DNA from: an uncultured Candidatus Saccharibacteria bacterium
GTDB lineage: Bacteria > Patescibacteriota > Minisyncoccia > Phycocordibacterales > DATDWN01
Length of the DNA: 64,000 nucleotides
Assembly: GCA_964468795.1 (NCBI GenBank)
Contig: CAYXWL010000002.1
Coordinates: 5,459-69,458 of the forward strand
Direction: 5' to 3'
In this document: positions 1-9,050 of the stretch, piece by piece
How the letters are laid out: each line of letters begins with the position of its first letter
Position numbering within the stretch: the first letter of the stretch is position 1
Translations under genes and position numbers: made by a program
Notes under the pieces: model-generated
Database searches by the model: none
Told to the model about the DNA's origin: nothing
The model's input: only the letters and a program-made list of their open reading frames with translations

Positions 1-107
1 ATCACAATGAACATGGCCGTGAACAAGATGGTCAGAGTGACTCCGATTGCACGTTGCATTTGAACCTCCTCACATAAAATTAATATAATTTTCAAAAACA
101 GTCAAAA

Positions 108-2186
108 CTATCTGAGTAAATCCTTATTGCCCATTTTCTTGCTTTCCTTTTTTTTCTTTAACTCTTTCTTTGCATTTTCTTCTATCATTTTTTGAAGCTC
201 TAGTATTTCGTCTCGAAGTATGGCAGCGGTTTCAAAGTCCAATATTTTTACCGCCCCTTCCATCTGCTTTTCCTTTTGCTTTATTAACTTTTGTGGATCC
301 TTTGAAAACTTTTCTTTATCAATTGCTACAAGTTCCGAAACAGCTTTTGCATGTTCTGTACGCATCTGATCCGTAATATCCTGTATCTTCTTTATGATAG
401 TTTTTGGCGTAATGTCATGCTCTTTGTTGTAAGCCATCTGAAGCTCCCTTCTTCGCGCAGTTTCTTTTATTGCATAATCCATTGAGCCTGTCATATTTTC
501 CGCATACAAAATTACTCTTCCGTCCACGTTTCTCGCAGCTCTGCCAATAATCTGTATTAGAGATGATTCGCTTCGCAAGAAGCCTTCTTTATCGGCATCA
601 AGTATTCCAATCAGAGTTACTTCTGGCAAATCCAGACCTTCTCGCAAAAGATTTACTCCCACAAGCACGTCAAACTTTCCTTTTCGAAGATTAGTTAGGA
701 TTTCAATTCTATCAATAGTTTTAATATCGCTGTGCAGATACTCAGCTTTTATTCCCCTTTCTTTCAAATACTCACTCAAGTCCTCCGCCATCTTTTTTGT
801 AAGAGTGGTAGCAATAACCCTTCCACCTTTTTCGATAGCTTTTTCCGATTCCTCTATGAGGTCCCAAACTTGTCCTCTGAAATTTCCTTTTTGAACAATA
901 GGTCTTACTTCGATAACTGGATCAACAAGACCGGTTGGTCGTATGACCTGCTCTACAACCTGCTCTGAATGTTCCCTTTCATAATCTCCAGGAGTAGCAG
1001 AGGTATAGATGGTTTGCCCAACTCTTTCTTCAAATTCAGAAAACTTGAGCGGTCTGTTATCCTTTGCACTAGGCAATCTGAATCCGAAATCAACCAAACT
1101 TTGCTTTCGAGAAGAGTCTCCGCCATACATTGCACCAATCTGAGGAACAGAAACATGGCTCTCATCTATGACAGTTAGAAAATCTGGACTGCCGTCCGCC
1201 TTGTGTGGGAAATATGATAGCAACGTATCAGGAGCCTCTCCCGGAAGCTTTCCTGAAAAATGACGAGAATAATTTTCTATACCATTGCAATATCCCATTT
1301 CCCTTATGAGTGCCAGGTCGTAGTTTGTTCGTCTCTTAAGCCTTTCCGCTTCAAGTATCTTGCCCTCTGCTTCAAGCTCTGCGAGCCTGTCCTTGAGTTC
1401 TGCTTTTATTGTTCTAAAAGCTCTCTCCACCTGATCATCTGTTGAAATGAAATGCTTAGCAGGAAACAAGAAGAACACATTTATATCTTCTAGAATTTCG
1501 CGAGTAATCGCATCTATTTTCGTAATATTGCTCACTACTCCGTCTAAAATATCTATTCTGTAAATTACTTTTTCAGAAACTGGCATAACCTCCACTGTAT
1601 TGCCCATAGCCCTGAAAAGTCCGGGCGAAAGATCCACACCCGTTCTTTCAAAATGAATGTCTACCAAGCGCCTGATAAAATCCGCGCGAGAAATTTTTTG
1701 TCCCTTTTCAACCTTCATGTTTACCCTCTCGTATTCGACAGGTGATCCCAAGCCGTAAATGCATGAAACTGAGGCTACGATAATAACATCTTTCCTGGTA
1801 AGCAGTGCTTGTGTAGAAGCATGTCGCAGTCTTTCTATCTCTTCGTTTATCATTGCCTCTTTTTCTATGTAAGTATCAGAAACCGGCATATATGCTTCTG
1901 GCTGATAGTAGTCGTAGTATGAAACAAAGTAGTGCACTGCGTTGTTAGGAAAAAATTCTTTGTACTCTTGGGCTAGCTGTGCTGCCAGAGTTTTGTTGTG
2001 AGCAATTACAAGAGTCGGCTTTTGAACTTCTTGTATTACATTTGCAACTGTGTAAGTTTTGCCGGATCCAGTCACGCCTAAAAGAGTCTGATGTCTCAGA
2101 CCTTTTTTTACACCTTCTACCAGCGCTTTGATTGCCTTTGGCTGATCGCCAGCTGGCGGAAACTCTCTATGAATTTCAAATTTCAT
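108..2186 (-). CDS. uvrB: Excinuclease ABC subunit B
   Basis: Walker A GVTGSGKT, YFVSYYDYYQPEAY, DESH, GRAAR and C-terminal UVR motif; start taken at MKFEIH (2186). Confidence 0.97.
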   Translation of the reverse strand: MKFEIHREFPPAGDQPKAIKALVEGVKKGLRHQTLLGVTGSGKTYTVANVIQEVQKPTLVIAHNKTLAAQLAQEYKEFFPNNAVHYFVSYYDYYQPEAYMPVSDTYIEKEAMINEEIERLRHASTQALLTRKDVIIVASVSCIYGLGSPVEYERVNMKVEKGQKISRADFIRRLVDIHFERTGVDLSPGLFRAMGNTVEVMPVSEKVIYRIDILDGVVSNITKIDAITREILEDINVFFLFPAKHFISTDDQVERAFRTIKAELKDRLAELEAEGKILEAERLKRRTNYDLALIREMGYCNGIENYSRHFSGKLPGEAPDTLLSYFPHKADGSPDFLTVIDESHVSVPQIGAMYGGDSSRKQSLVDFGFRLPSAKDNRPLKFSEFEERVGQTIYTSATPGDYEREHSEQVVEQVIRPTGLVDPVIEVRPIVQKGNFRGQVWDLIEESEKAIEKGGRVIATTLTKKMAEDLSEYLKERGIKAEYLHSDIKTIDRIEILTNLRKGKFDVLVGVNLLREGLDLPEVTLIGILDADKEGFLRSESSLIQIIGRAARNVDGRVILYAENMTGSMDYAIKETARRRELQMAYNKEHDITPKTIIKKIQDITDQMRTEHAKAVSELVAIDKEKFSKDPQKLIKQKEKQMEGAVKILDFETAAILRDEILELQKMIEENAKKELKKKKESKKMGNKDLLR

Positions 2187-2210
2187 AATTAGATTATAGC
2201 AGTGTGCAAA

Positions 2211-2334
2211 ATAAAATATCGTTGAAGTATTATTTTTTAGGAGACTTCGCAAGGCGGGTAGCCGAGACTTGAGGAATTTTCCAGCAGGAAAATATCCGTG
2301 CTCCTAAAAAATAATACTGAGAAAGATATTTTAT
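2211..2334. repeat. Long inverted-repeat element with internal hairpin
   Basis: Perfect 18-bp IR 2226-2243/2301-2318, outer 10-bp IR 2211-2220/2325-2334, inner hairpin attttcc-agca-ggaaaat. Confidence 0.8.
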
Positions 2335-2349
2335 ACTACAATACCTTAA

Positions 2350-2463
2350 TTTCTCATGTACGAGAAGAGGGCGCCCAGTATACCTGAGTCGCCCCTGATT
2401 AAATCCGGTTCTTCTCGCACTTGCGTGCGCCCCTACGACCGGTAGCTTGGGGAATAAAATTAC
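2350..2463 (-). ncRNA. Candidate structured small RNA
   Basis: GC-rich multi-stem region with no ORF in the track, directly downstream of a consensus sigma70 promoter. Confidence 0.45.
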
Positions 2464-2470
2464 TGATATT

Positions 2471-2498
2471 ATTATATACCCTATTTAAAATATGTCAA
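2471..2498 (-). promoter_or_regulatory. sigma70-type promoter
   Basis: TTGACA-16nt-TATAAT on the minus strand. Confidence 0.75.
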
Positions 2499-2516
2499 TA
2501 GGGTCAGTTAGGTGCG

Positions 2517-2546
2517 AAAAAGGTGGTACTTTCGTACCACCTTTTT
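2517..2546. terminator. Intrinsic terminator (bidirectional-type)
   Basis: aaaaaggtggtac-tttc-gtaccaccttttt. Confidence 0.8.
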
Positions 2547-2555
2547 AAATTTGCA

Positions 2556-2927
2556 TTAGCGACGAACGAGAGGGAGGCTCTCCCACCAAAGCCGTGCAAA
2601 ATGGTAATCGAGAGCCTGCTCAGAGTTTGTGGGTATCCAGAGAAAATTCTTTCCTCTCTGGCCTGGGAGAGCAGGCACCTTTCTGCCGATTGCGTCTGTC
2701 TCCACACCCATCCTCTTGTTGAAATGCTTGCCTGTCTTGGGGTCAATCGAAATGCCGATGAGTCCCTCTTGCACAGTGGCACAATGTGCGCACTGAAGTT
2801 GAGCAGACTCGTAGTGATTTCCTCTCATCCTCCAGAGCTTGATTCCCCTTATGTTGCATGTAGAGCAGATGTACGGCACATCGGGCGATGGTTTGTAATC
2901 AGGCGTTCCCTGAGTTTGCATAATCAT
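2556..2927 (-). CDS. Hypothetical protein with two CxxC motifs
   Basis: CSTC and CAHC; RBS aaagggggag, upstream TTGACA-17-TATTAC and downstream terminator. Confidence 0.6.
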   Translation of the reverse strand: MIMQTQGTPDYKPSPDVPYICSTCNIRGIKLWRMRGNHYESAQLQCAHCATVQEGLIGISIDPKTGKHFNKRMGVETDAIGRKVPALPGQRGKNFLWIPTNSEQALDYHFARLWWESLPLVRR

Positions 2928-2980
2928 GCACTCCCCCTTTTCCAGTAATATGTAATACCTTTTGTATGCCTTTTTGTCAA

Positions 2981-4195
2981 TTAGTAATTTAGATATGAGC
3001 TAAGAAATTCTCTTTTATATTCTTTAAAATTGCCGTGGAGAATAGATTCTCTCATTCTGTTAACCATGTTTGTCAAAAAATGAATATTGTGTATCGAAGC
3101 AAGTGTTGAGGCAAGCATCTCCTTTGCGTGGAACAGATGAGCCACATAACTTCGAGAGAAGTTCTTGCATGTGTAGCACTCGCACCCTGAATCAAGCGGA
3201 GAGAGATCGCTTCTAAACTGCTGGTTGTTCAGATTTATTTTGCCTTTCTTTGTGTATATGCCGCCATTTCTTGCCATGCGTGTCGGAGCGACGCAATCAA
3301 AAAGATCGCATCCATTCTCAACAGCTATGAACAAATCCTCTGGCTCGCCAATGCCAAGCAAATGTCGTGGTTTCTCTTTCGGTAAAATACTGTTGCACCA
3401 CTGCACAGCCTTATCCATATCTTCCTTGTCGAATGATCCGCCAATACCAAAGCCATCGAAATCGAGTGAGCCAATGTATTCTGCAGATTCTTTTCTTAAA
3501 GCTTCGTTCCTGCCTCCCTGCACGATTCCAAACAATGCCTGCCTTTCTGAATTTTCCTTAGACTTATGATAATCAAGACTTCTTTTCGCCCATCTATGAG
3601 TTCTCTCCAAAGCTTCTTTCTGATAATGAAGCGATTCGTGAGGAGATGTGCACTCATCGAAAGCAAAAATGATGTCTGCACCAAGGTTGTGCTGAATATC
3701 TATGGATTTTTCTGGTGTAAAGTAATGCGCATCGCCCTTTGTGTGATCTCGAAACATCACTCCGTTCGGATCAATGCGGGCGATCTTCGGCCTATTACCT
3801 TCGTCAGCACTTTCCGGTAATGCAAGCTCCTCGTCTTTCTTATGAGCAATCTTACTCATGCCTTTGTTGCCGTACGCTGCACCAAGTGAGAAAACTTGAA
3901 AACCTCCGGAGTCTGTCATAAGTGGGCCATTCCAATTCATCGCCCTGTGCAATCCTCCCATATTTTTTATTGATTCATCTCCGGGTTCTAAATACAAATG
4001 ATATGTATTGCAAATAATTGTCTGCACTCCAGTGTCTTTAGCTTGCTCGGGAGTGAGTGACTTTACTGTGCCTTTTGTTCCAACAGCAACAAAAGCCGGA
4101 GTCTGGATATCTCCGTGAGGTGTGTGTATCGTTCCAACTCTTCCCAATCCTTCTGAAAGTTCCTTGTGAATCTCAAACGAGAGAGGCTTTTTCAT
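2981..4195 (-). CDS. tgt: tRNA-guanine transglycosylase
   Basis: NTYHL, TDSGGFQVFSL, FDEC, GIVQGG, FDCVAPTR and CxCxxC zinc site. Confidence 0.95.
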   Translation of the reverse strand: MKKPLSFEIHKELSEGLGRVGTIHTPHGDIQTPAFVAVGTKGTVKSLTPEQAKDTGVQTIICNTYHLYLEPGDESIKNMGGLHRAMNWNGPLMTDSGGFQVFSLGAAYGNKGMSKIAHKKDEELALPESADEGNRPKIARIDPNGVMFRDHTKGDAHYFTPEKSIDIQHNLGADIIFAFDECTSPHESLHYQKEALERTHRWAKRSLDYHKSKENSERQALFGIVQGGRNEALRKESAEYIGSLDFDGFGIGGSFDKEDMDKAVQWCNSILPKEKPRHLLGIGEPEDLFIAVENGCDLFDCVAPTRMARNGGIYTKKGKINLNNQQFRSDLSPLDSGCECYTCKNFSRSYVAHLFHAKEMLASTLASIHNIHFLTNMVNRMRESILHGNFKEYKREFLSSYLNY

Positions 4196-4229
4196 TACTA
4201 GAGATTAGCAAATAAATGTAATTTAAACA

Positions 4230-4527
4230 AAAGAAAAGCCGGTACCTACTGGTAGCGGCTGCACGTGTATGGGAGTTTGTCAGGGCTCTCACTTTCCTAC
4301 CCTCAAGCCTAAATGAATGGCTTCCCTTGTGTATTGTGTGGACATATGTCCTGTGAGTCTGCACAGTGAGAAGGTGCAAACGTTTTGTTTAAAAAGATCA
4401 AGAACTCAGGGCGGAGCTGAGAACCGCATGGCAAGCGTTCGTTGCCGCCGCCCTGAGAGAACATGAGATGTGGTAGTCGCACACGGCCCTGGTGGGGCAA
4501 GCAGCAGACAGGACATCTCACAGTTCT
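4230..4527 (-). ncRNA. Candidate structured non-coding transcript upstream of tgt
   Basis: Hairpins 4458-4527 and 4405-4457, and a terminator-like stem 4237-4260 followed by a U-tract. Confidence 0.45.
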
Positions 4528-4533
4528 GTGTAC

Positions 4534-4561
4534 ATTATATCAACTGTATTTTTTCTGTCAA
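4534..4561 (-). promoter_or_regulatory. sigma70-type promoter
   Basis: TTGACA-16nt-TATAAT. Confidence 0.75.
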
Positions 4562-4633
4562 GTATTACAATAGTTCAATAAAAAATAGCCCTGTAACAGG
4601 CCATTTTTTCATGCGTACTTATTTTAGCTAAAA

Positions 4634-5104
4634 TTACTGCTGAGGTTTTTCGACTTTTAACAACTCGACGTCAAAAATCAAAGTAGACCCTGCTGGAATC
4701 GGTCCTACATTTTTCATTCCATATCCCAGTTCAGGAGGGATGGTGAGAGTTCTCTTGCCTCCAACTTTCATGCCAACTAGGCCTTCGTCCCATCCCTTTA
4801 TAACCATCCCTGATCCTAGAACGAACTGAAGTGGCTCCCCACGAGAAAGCGAACTGTCAAAAACATCTCCGTTGGTAAACTTGCCTGTGTAATGAACTAT
4901 CACCCTGTCGCCTGTTTGTGCAGTATCGCCAGTACCCACTACAGTATCGTTAACTATTAGACCTTGGTTTTGCATTTTTTTTGAAATGTTAGATTTGTCA
5001 CCTGTAAATAATGATATCAGAGCCTGTCCAAACACAAAGAAAAAACCTACTACAAAAACAGAAACCACAATAGCTACCCACTCGTTCTTGCTTAATGTTT
5101 TCAT
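4634..5104 (-). CDS. Membrane-anchored FKBP-type peptidyl-prolyl isomerase
   Basis: VHYTG...FDSS...VIKGWDEG...GYG...LIFDVELL; N-terminal TM helix. Confidence 0.93.
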   Translation of the reverse strand: MKTLSKNEWVAIVVSVFVVGFFFVFGQALISLFTGDKSNISKKMQNQGLIVNDTVVGTGDTAQTGDRVIVHYTGKFTNGDVFDSSLSRGEPLQFVLGSGMVIKGWDEGLVGMKVGGKRTLTIPPELGYGMKNVGPIPAGSTLIFDVELLKVEKPQQ

Positions 5105-5336
5105 CCCGTTAAAAATCCCATTATATTCTCCATTCAGTAGAAGATAACGGGACACAAATTATTTTAATAATACTCAATCAAATATTTAAATTTTAATCTG
5201 AACTTGGTAATACATATCTCCGTTATTTCTAACGAGATTCATAGGTTTAAGTATATTATTTTAAAAAAAGGATGCAAACCTAAAATTCACAACTTCTCTC
5301 ATTGCTTTAAGCTCTGGCAAAATATAAAATATATCC

Positions 5337-6086
5337 ATGTCTCACAAAAAGATCGTAAATATTCCAGAAAAGCATATTGATAGAAAGCCTCTTACAAAGA
5401 AAGAGCTTCACGATACGGCAGTAGAAAGAGTTTCGCTCATAGCCAAAGAATTCACAAACGGCTTTAATTTTCTCAGACGTTATCCGAAGTCTGTTACTTT
5501 TTTCGGAGGAAGCAGATTCCATGAACATGACAAGGAATATTTGAAAGCAAAATCTCTAGCCTCCAGAATTTCAAACGAAATCGGCTACGCTATTTTCACC
5601 GGCGGAGGCCCAGGAGTAATGGAGGGTGCAAATAGAGGTGCGTACGAATCTGGAGGCCAATCTGTCGGCCTTACAATCGAGCTTGCCGATCATCAGATTC
5701 AAAACCCTTATCTTACTGACAACCTCGATTTCTATTATTTTTTCAGCCGGAAGGTCAGCTTGGCATTTTCAGCAGAAGCTTATATTTTCTTCCCTGGAGG
5801 ATTCGGCACTTTTGATGAATTATTCGAAATTTTGACTTTGGTCCAGACAAAGAAAATCGAGAAAGTGCCTATTATTTTAGTTGGTTCTGATTTTTGGAAT
5901 GAGTTCGACAAATTTATCAGAAAAGAAATGCTTGGTAGCGGAACAATAGACGAACAGGATCTTTCGCTTTATACAATTACAGACGATGAAGACCATATTA
6001 TTGAAATAATCAAAAGTGTACCAATACATAATGGAATAAAGTTCCATTATAAAGATCTTGAATCTTCAGGAATTGAGATACAGTAG
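5337..6086 (+). CDS. LOG/TIGR00730 family nucleotide phosphoribohydrolase
   Basis: TGGGPGVME and PGGFGTFDELFE motifs. Confidence 0.92.
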   Translation: MSHKKIVNIPEKHIDRKPLTKKELHDTAVERVSLIAKEFTNGFNFLRRYPKSVTFFGGSRFHEHDKEYLKAKSLASRISNEIGYAIFTGGGPGVMEGANRGAYESGGQSVGLTIELADHQIQNPYLTDNLDFYYFFSRKVSLAFSAEAYIFFPGGFGTFDELFEILTLVQTKKIEKVPIILVGSDFWNEFDKFIRKEMLGSGTIDEQDLSLYTITDDEDHIIEIIKSVPIHNGIKFHYKDLESSGIEIQ

Positions 6087-6099
6087 AATATAAATATAT

Positions 6100-6202
6100 A
6101 AAAAAAACAAAACACTTTTATTCGCTGAAACTTTTGATAGACCAGACCCTACCCCTAACCCCTATTAAAAGTTTCAAGCTCAACAAGTGTTTTGTTTTTT
6201 TA
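6100..6202. terminator. Long intergenic hairpin between convergent genes
   Basis: aaaaaacaaaacactt/aagtgttttgtttttt plus inner stem 6126-6140/6162-6176. Confidence 0.6.
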
Positions 6203-6412
6203 TTTTTGTATTTCCTTCTTTATTTCCTTAAACTCGTTTTCAATTTCAGAAAGTCTTTCTCTTGAAGCCTTTATTAGTTCAGCACCTTCTTTTACATAAT
6301 CCAGACCCTTCTCTACATCAAGCTCAGACTGGTTTTCAAACCACGACACGATTTGTGCCAATTTCTTTAGAGTTTCATTCAGATTTATTTGGTTTCCGTT
6401 CTTTTTTGTCAT
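6200..6412 (-). CDS. xseB: Exodeoxyribonuclease VII small subunit
   Basis: Size, LxxIVxxFE...LD...EG pattern, adjacent to xseA. Confidence 0.9.
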   Translation of the reverse strand: MTKKNGNQINLNETLKKLAQIVSWFENQSELDVEKGLDYVKEGAELIKASRERLSEIENEFKEIKKEIQK

Positions 6413-6414
6413 AT

Positions 6415-7653
6415 TTATATTATTTGTGAGTTAATTATACCGTCAGACAATGTGATGTCTAGCTCATCGCCCTTTTTAACATCCATTGCACTCCTCAAAA
6501 CCTTACCTTTTGATCTTACAATGCTATATCCCCTTTTGAGCTGTCTTTCTGGGTTGTAAGAGTCTATTACTTTGCCGACTTGGGACAAATGATCGTCTAT
6601 AGAAGCATGCATGAGCGAGAATTCTCTGGAAAGCTCCTTGGAAGACTGCTCAATTTTTTCAAAAACTCTTTTTATTCCGCTTTCTATCCTATCTACAGAA
6701 CGCAAAAGCGTCTGCTCCGCTCGATGAAAAGTCTGGATAAATTCAGCGAACCTGCCCTGTATGATATTTTCGCCGGTTTCTATTGCGTACTGGCTGTCTA
6801 TTAGTGCCACCTGATAATTTACAAAAATCTTTTCTTCCGCAAGCCTTACCAAAGACAAGGCTTCCATCCAGCCCTGAGACAAAAGATTTGCCACAGCTGT
6901 AGGAGTAGATACATTTTTGTCTGAAACCATTGAAACTAATGGCTCGTCCTTGTCATGGCCGATTCCAGTAAGTACAGGCACCGGAAAATCTGCAACTGCC
7001 CTGACTAATACTTCGTTATTGAACGCCTGAAAAGATTCCAGCGAGCCTCCACCTCTCATGATAACTAAAACATCTAATTCTTCTTTTTTTAAAGTATTTA
7101 CAGCTGAAAGCAGATCCTTTATCGAATCCTGACCCTCAACTTTTGAATCAACAAACAAAATTTGAAATCCAAATTTGCCTATGTTTGTCAGAAAGTCGTT
7201 TATAACGGCTCCACTCTTTGACGTTATAACGCCTATTTTGCATGGATATTTTGGAATCTGCCTTTTTCTTAGAGGAGAAAACAAGCCTTCTAGTTCTAGC
7301 TGTTTTTTTAACTTATCATAAGCTAACTGCAAAGCTCCCTCGCCAACCATTTCGATAAGTTCAACTTGTAGGGAGAGCCCGCCATTCGGCTTATAGACTG
7401 CAGGATATGCGGTAATCACAACTTCCATGCCATCTTTTATAGGCACTCCGGAAATTTTAAAATCATTCTTCCACATAAAGCACTTAACAGTGCTGGCATC
7501 CTTGCTGTCCTTTATTGAAAAGTAAAGATAGCTTCTGCCCTCATACATCTGCACGCCGGAAATTTCTCCGATAATCCTAGCCTTTTCTGCCTTGAGAGAA
7601 GAATTGACTCTGTCCAAATATTGGCTCACAGGTATGATTTCTTTCTTATCCAT
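6415..7653 (-). CDS. xseA: Exodeoxyribonuclease VII large subunit
   Basis: GEIS, YFSIKD, RGGGSLE, TGIGH, TPTA, LKRGYSIV. Confidence 0.95.
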   Translation of the reverse strand: MDKKEIIPVSQYLDRVNSSLKAEKARIIGEISGVQMYEGRSYLYFSIKDSKDASTVKCFMWKNDFKISGVPIKDGMEVVITAYPAVYKPNGGLSLQVELIEMVGEGALQLAYDKLKKQLELEGLFSPLRKRQIPKYPCKIGVITSKSGAVINDFLTNIGKFGFQILFVDSKVEGQDSIKDLLSAVNTLKKEELDVLVIMRGGGSLESFQAFNNEVLVRAVADFPVPVLTGIGHDKDEPLVSMVSDKNVSTPTAVANLLSQGWMEALSLVRLAEEKIFVNYQVALIDSQYAIETGENIIQGRFAEFIQTFHRAEQTLLRSVDRIESGIKRVFEKIEQSSKELSREFSLMHASIDDHLSQVGKVIDSYNPERQLKRGYSIVRSKGKVLRSAMDVKKGDELDITLSDGIINSQII

Positions 7654-8260
7654 TTATTTTTTGAGTTTTATTCCTTCTGCTAGTCCAATATTCCACTATA
7701 GTAGGCAAAAGCGAAATGAAAATAATCATTACAACTATAGGTTCCAAGTACAAATGTGCCTTAGGAAAGATGGTGCCAAGATAGTAGCCAAGAGAAGTCA
7801 TGCCGACTGTCCAAAATGCACCGCCGATAATGTTGTACTTTAAAAACTTTTTATGATCCAAGTCCACAGCTCCAGCCAGAGCAGGACTGAACGACCTAAC
7901 AATAGGCACAAATCTGCCGATAATTACCGTTTTTGCTCCGTATTTTTCAAAAAACTCATGAGTATAATCCAGATGCTTTTTCTTGAACCAGTACTTGTCA
8001 TTGCTGTTTAGGATAAAAACTCTGACCCTCTCACCCACAAGATAGCTGAGGTAGTAACCGAGAGTGGCAGAAACATACAGGCCGACAATAAGAGCCCAGA
8101 ATTTGAAATCGCCTTTTGATGCCAGAAAGCCTGTGATAAAAAGCAGGCTGTCTCCCGGCAAAAAGAAAGTAAATGGAAAAGACTCAAGGAATATGATTAT
8201 AAAAACAATAACGTAGCTCCAGTTTCCGGCTTGGTGAAGAAAATTTGTTAAGTAATCCAT
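7646..8260 (-). CDS. DedA/VTT family membrane protein
   Basis: FLPGDSLLF and GRFVPIVRSF. Confidence 0.92.
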   Translation of the reverse strand: MDYLTNFLHQAGNWSYVIVFIIIFLESFPFTFFLPGDSLLFITGFLASKGDFKFWALIVGLYVSATLGYYLSYLVGERVRVFILNSNDKYWFKKKHLDYTHEFFEKYGAKTVIIGRFVPIVRSFSPALAGAVDLDHKKFLKYNIIGGAFWTVGMTSLGYYLGTIFPKAHLYLEPIVVMIIFISLLPTIVEYWTSRRNKTQKING

Positions 8261-8284
8261 ATCCTGCAATTCTAGCACAAAACT

Positions 8285-9010
8285 TTATCTGAAAGTAGGA
8301 TTCAAAATGTCAGAAATATCTGATTTTTTAAGGGGAAATTCGTTGATTCCCATGGCATAAGGACCGATCTGGTACTGCTGGAATATGAATACGATATTGC
8401 TAGGAGTTAAATACCAAGCTGAAAAGTTTTCTTCATTTGGAGATACGCCCGGATCAATCATGGCAGGCTGACTGTATTCTGAAAAGTTCTTATATGCGTA
8501 ATCTTTTGCAAGCTGAGATATTTTTACAAGGTAATTATCACCAAGCACGTCTGACAATTTCAACAGCTTGCCGGACTTATCATAGGTAAAGGTTGAAACT
8601 GATGTTCCTCCGTGAGCACCTCCAGTATATTCGTACACTTCTATTATGAATGAGATGCTTTTGGATGAAGTGGCAATTTTTGTGTTTGCATATAGCTGAA
8701 ATTGCACGTCTTCCCTGCCATACATTTCTTTAACCTGACTTTGGGAGATCGAACCAAAGTCTTTCTGGAAATCTGATATGACCTTGTTTATAAAAGAGTT
8801 AACCTCCGGATATTTTGTAGCGGAAGACTCCGGATAGGACATGTTTATAACGGCATAAGTAGTAGTAGCGTTGTAATTGCTGAGCTTTATCTCACTTTCC
8901 GTGCTTGTATTTTTTGGCAAATTAACAGGCTTATTCCTAACCATTGTGAAATACAGGCCAAGTATTATTAATGCAGTAAATATTGAAAATAAGATTATGC
9001 GTTTTTGCAT
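8285..9010 (-). CDS. DUF3298/RsiV-like exported protein
   Basis: YTGGAHG and FQQYQIGPYAMG; N-terminal TM. Confidence 0.8.
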   Translation of the reverse strand: MQKRIILFSIFTALIILGLYFTMVRNKPVNLPKNTSTESEIKLSNYNATTTYAVINMSYPESSATKYPEVNSFINKVISDFQKDFGSISQSQVKEMYGREDVQFQLYANTKIATSSKSISFIIEVYEYTGGAHGGTSVSTFTYDKSGKLLKLSDVLGDNYLVKISQLAKDYAYKNFSEYSQPAMIDPGVSPNEENFSAWYLTPSNIVFIFQQYQIGPYAMGINEFPLKKSDISDILNPTFR

Positions 9011-9050
9011 AATCTTATTTTATCACACAGTAAATGAAGAAGTTATAAGC

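Noticed and set aside
4458-4527. SRP RNA or preQ1 riboswitch
   Set aside because: Only a partial aagcagc resemblance, on the strand opposite the promoter; no GNRA-capped SRP domain IV and no preQ1 consensus
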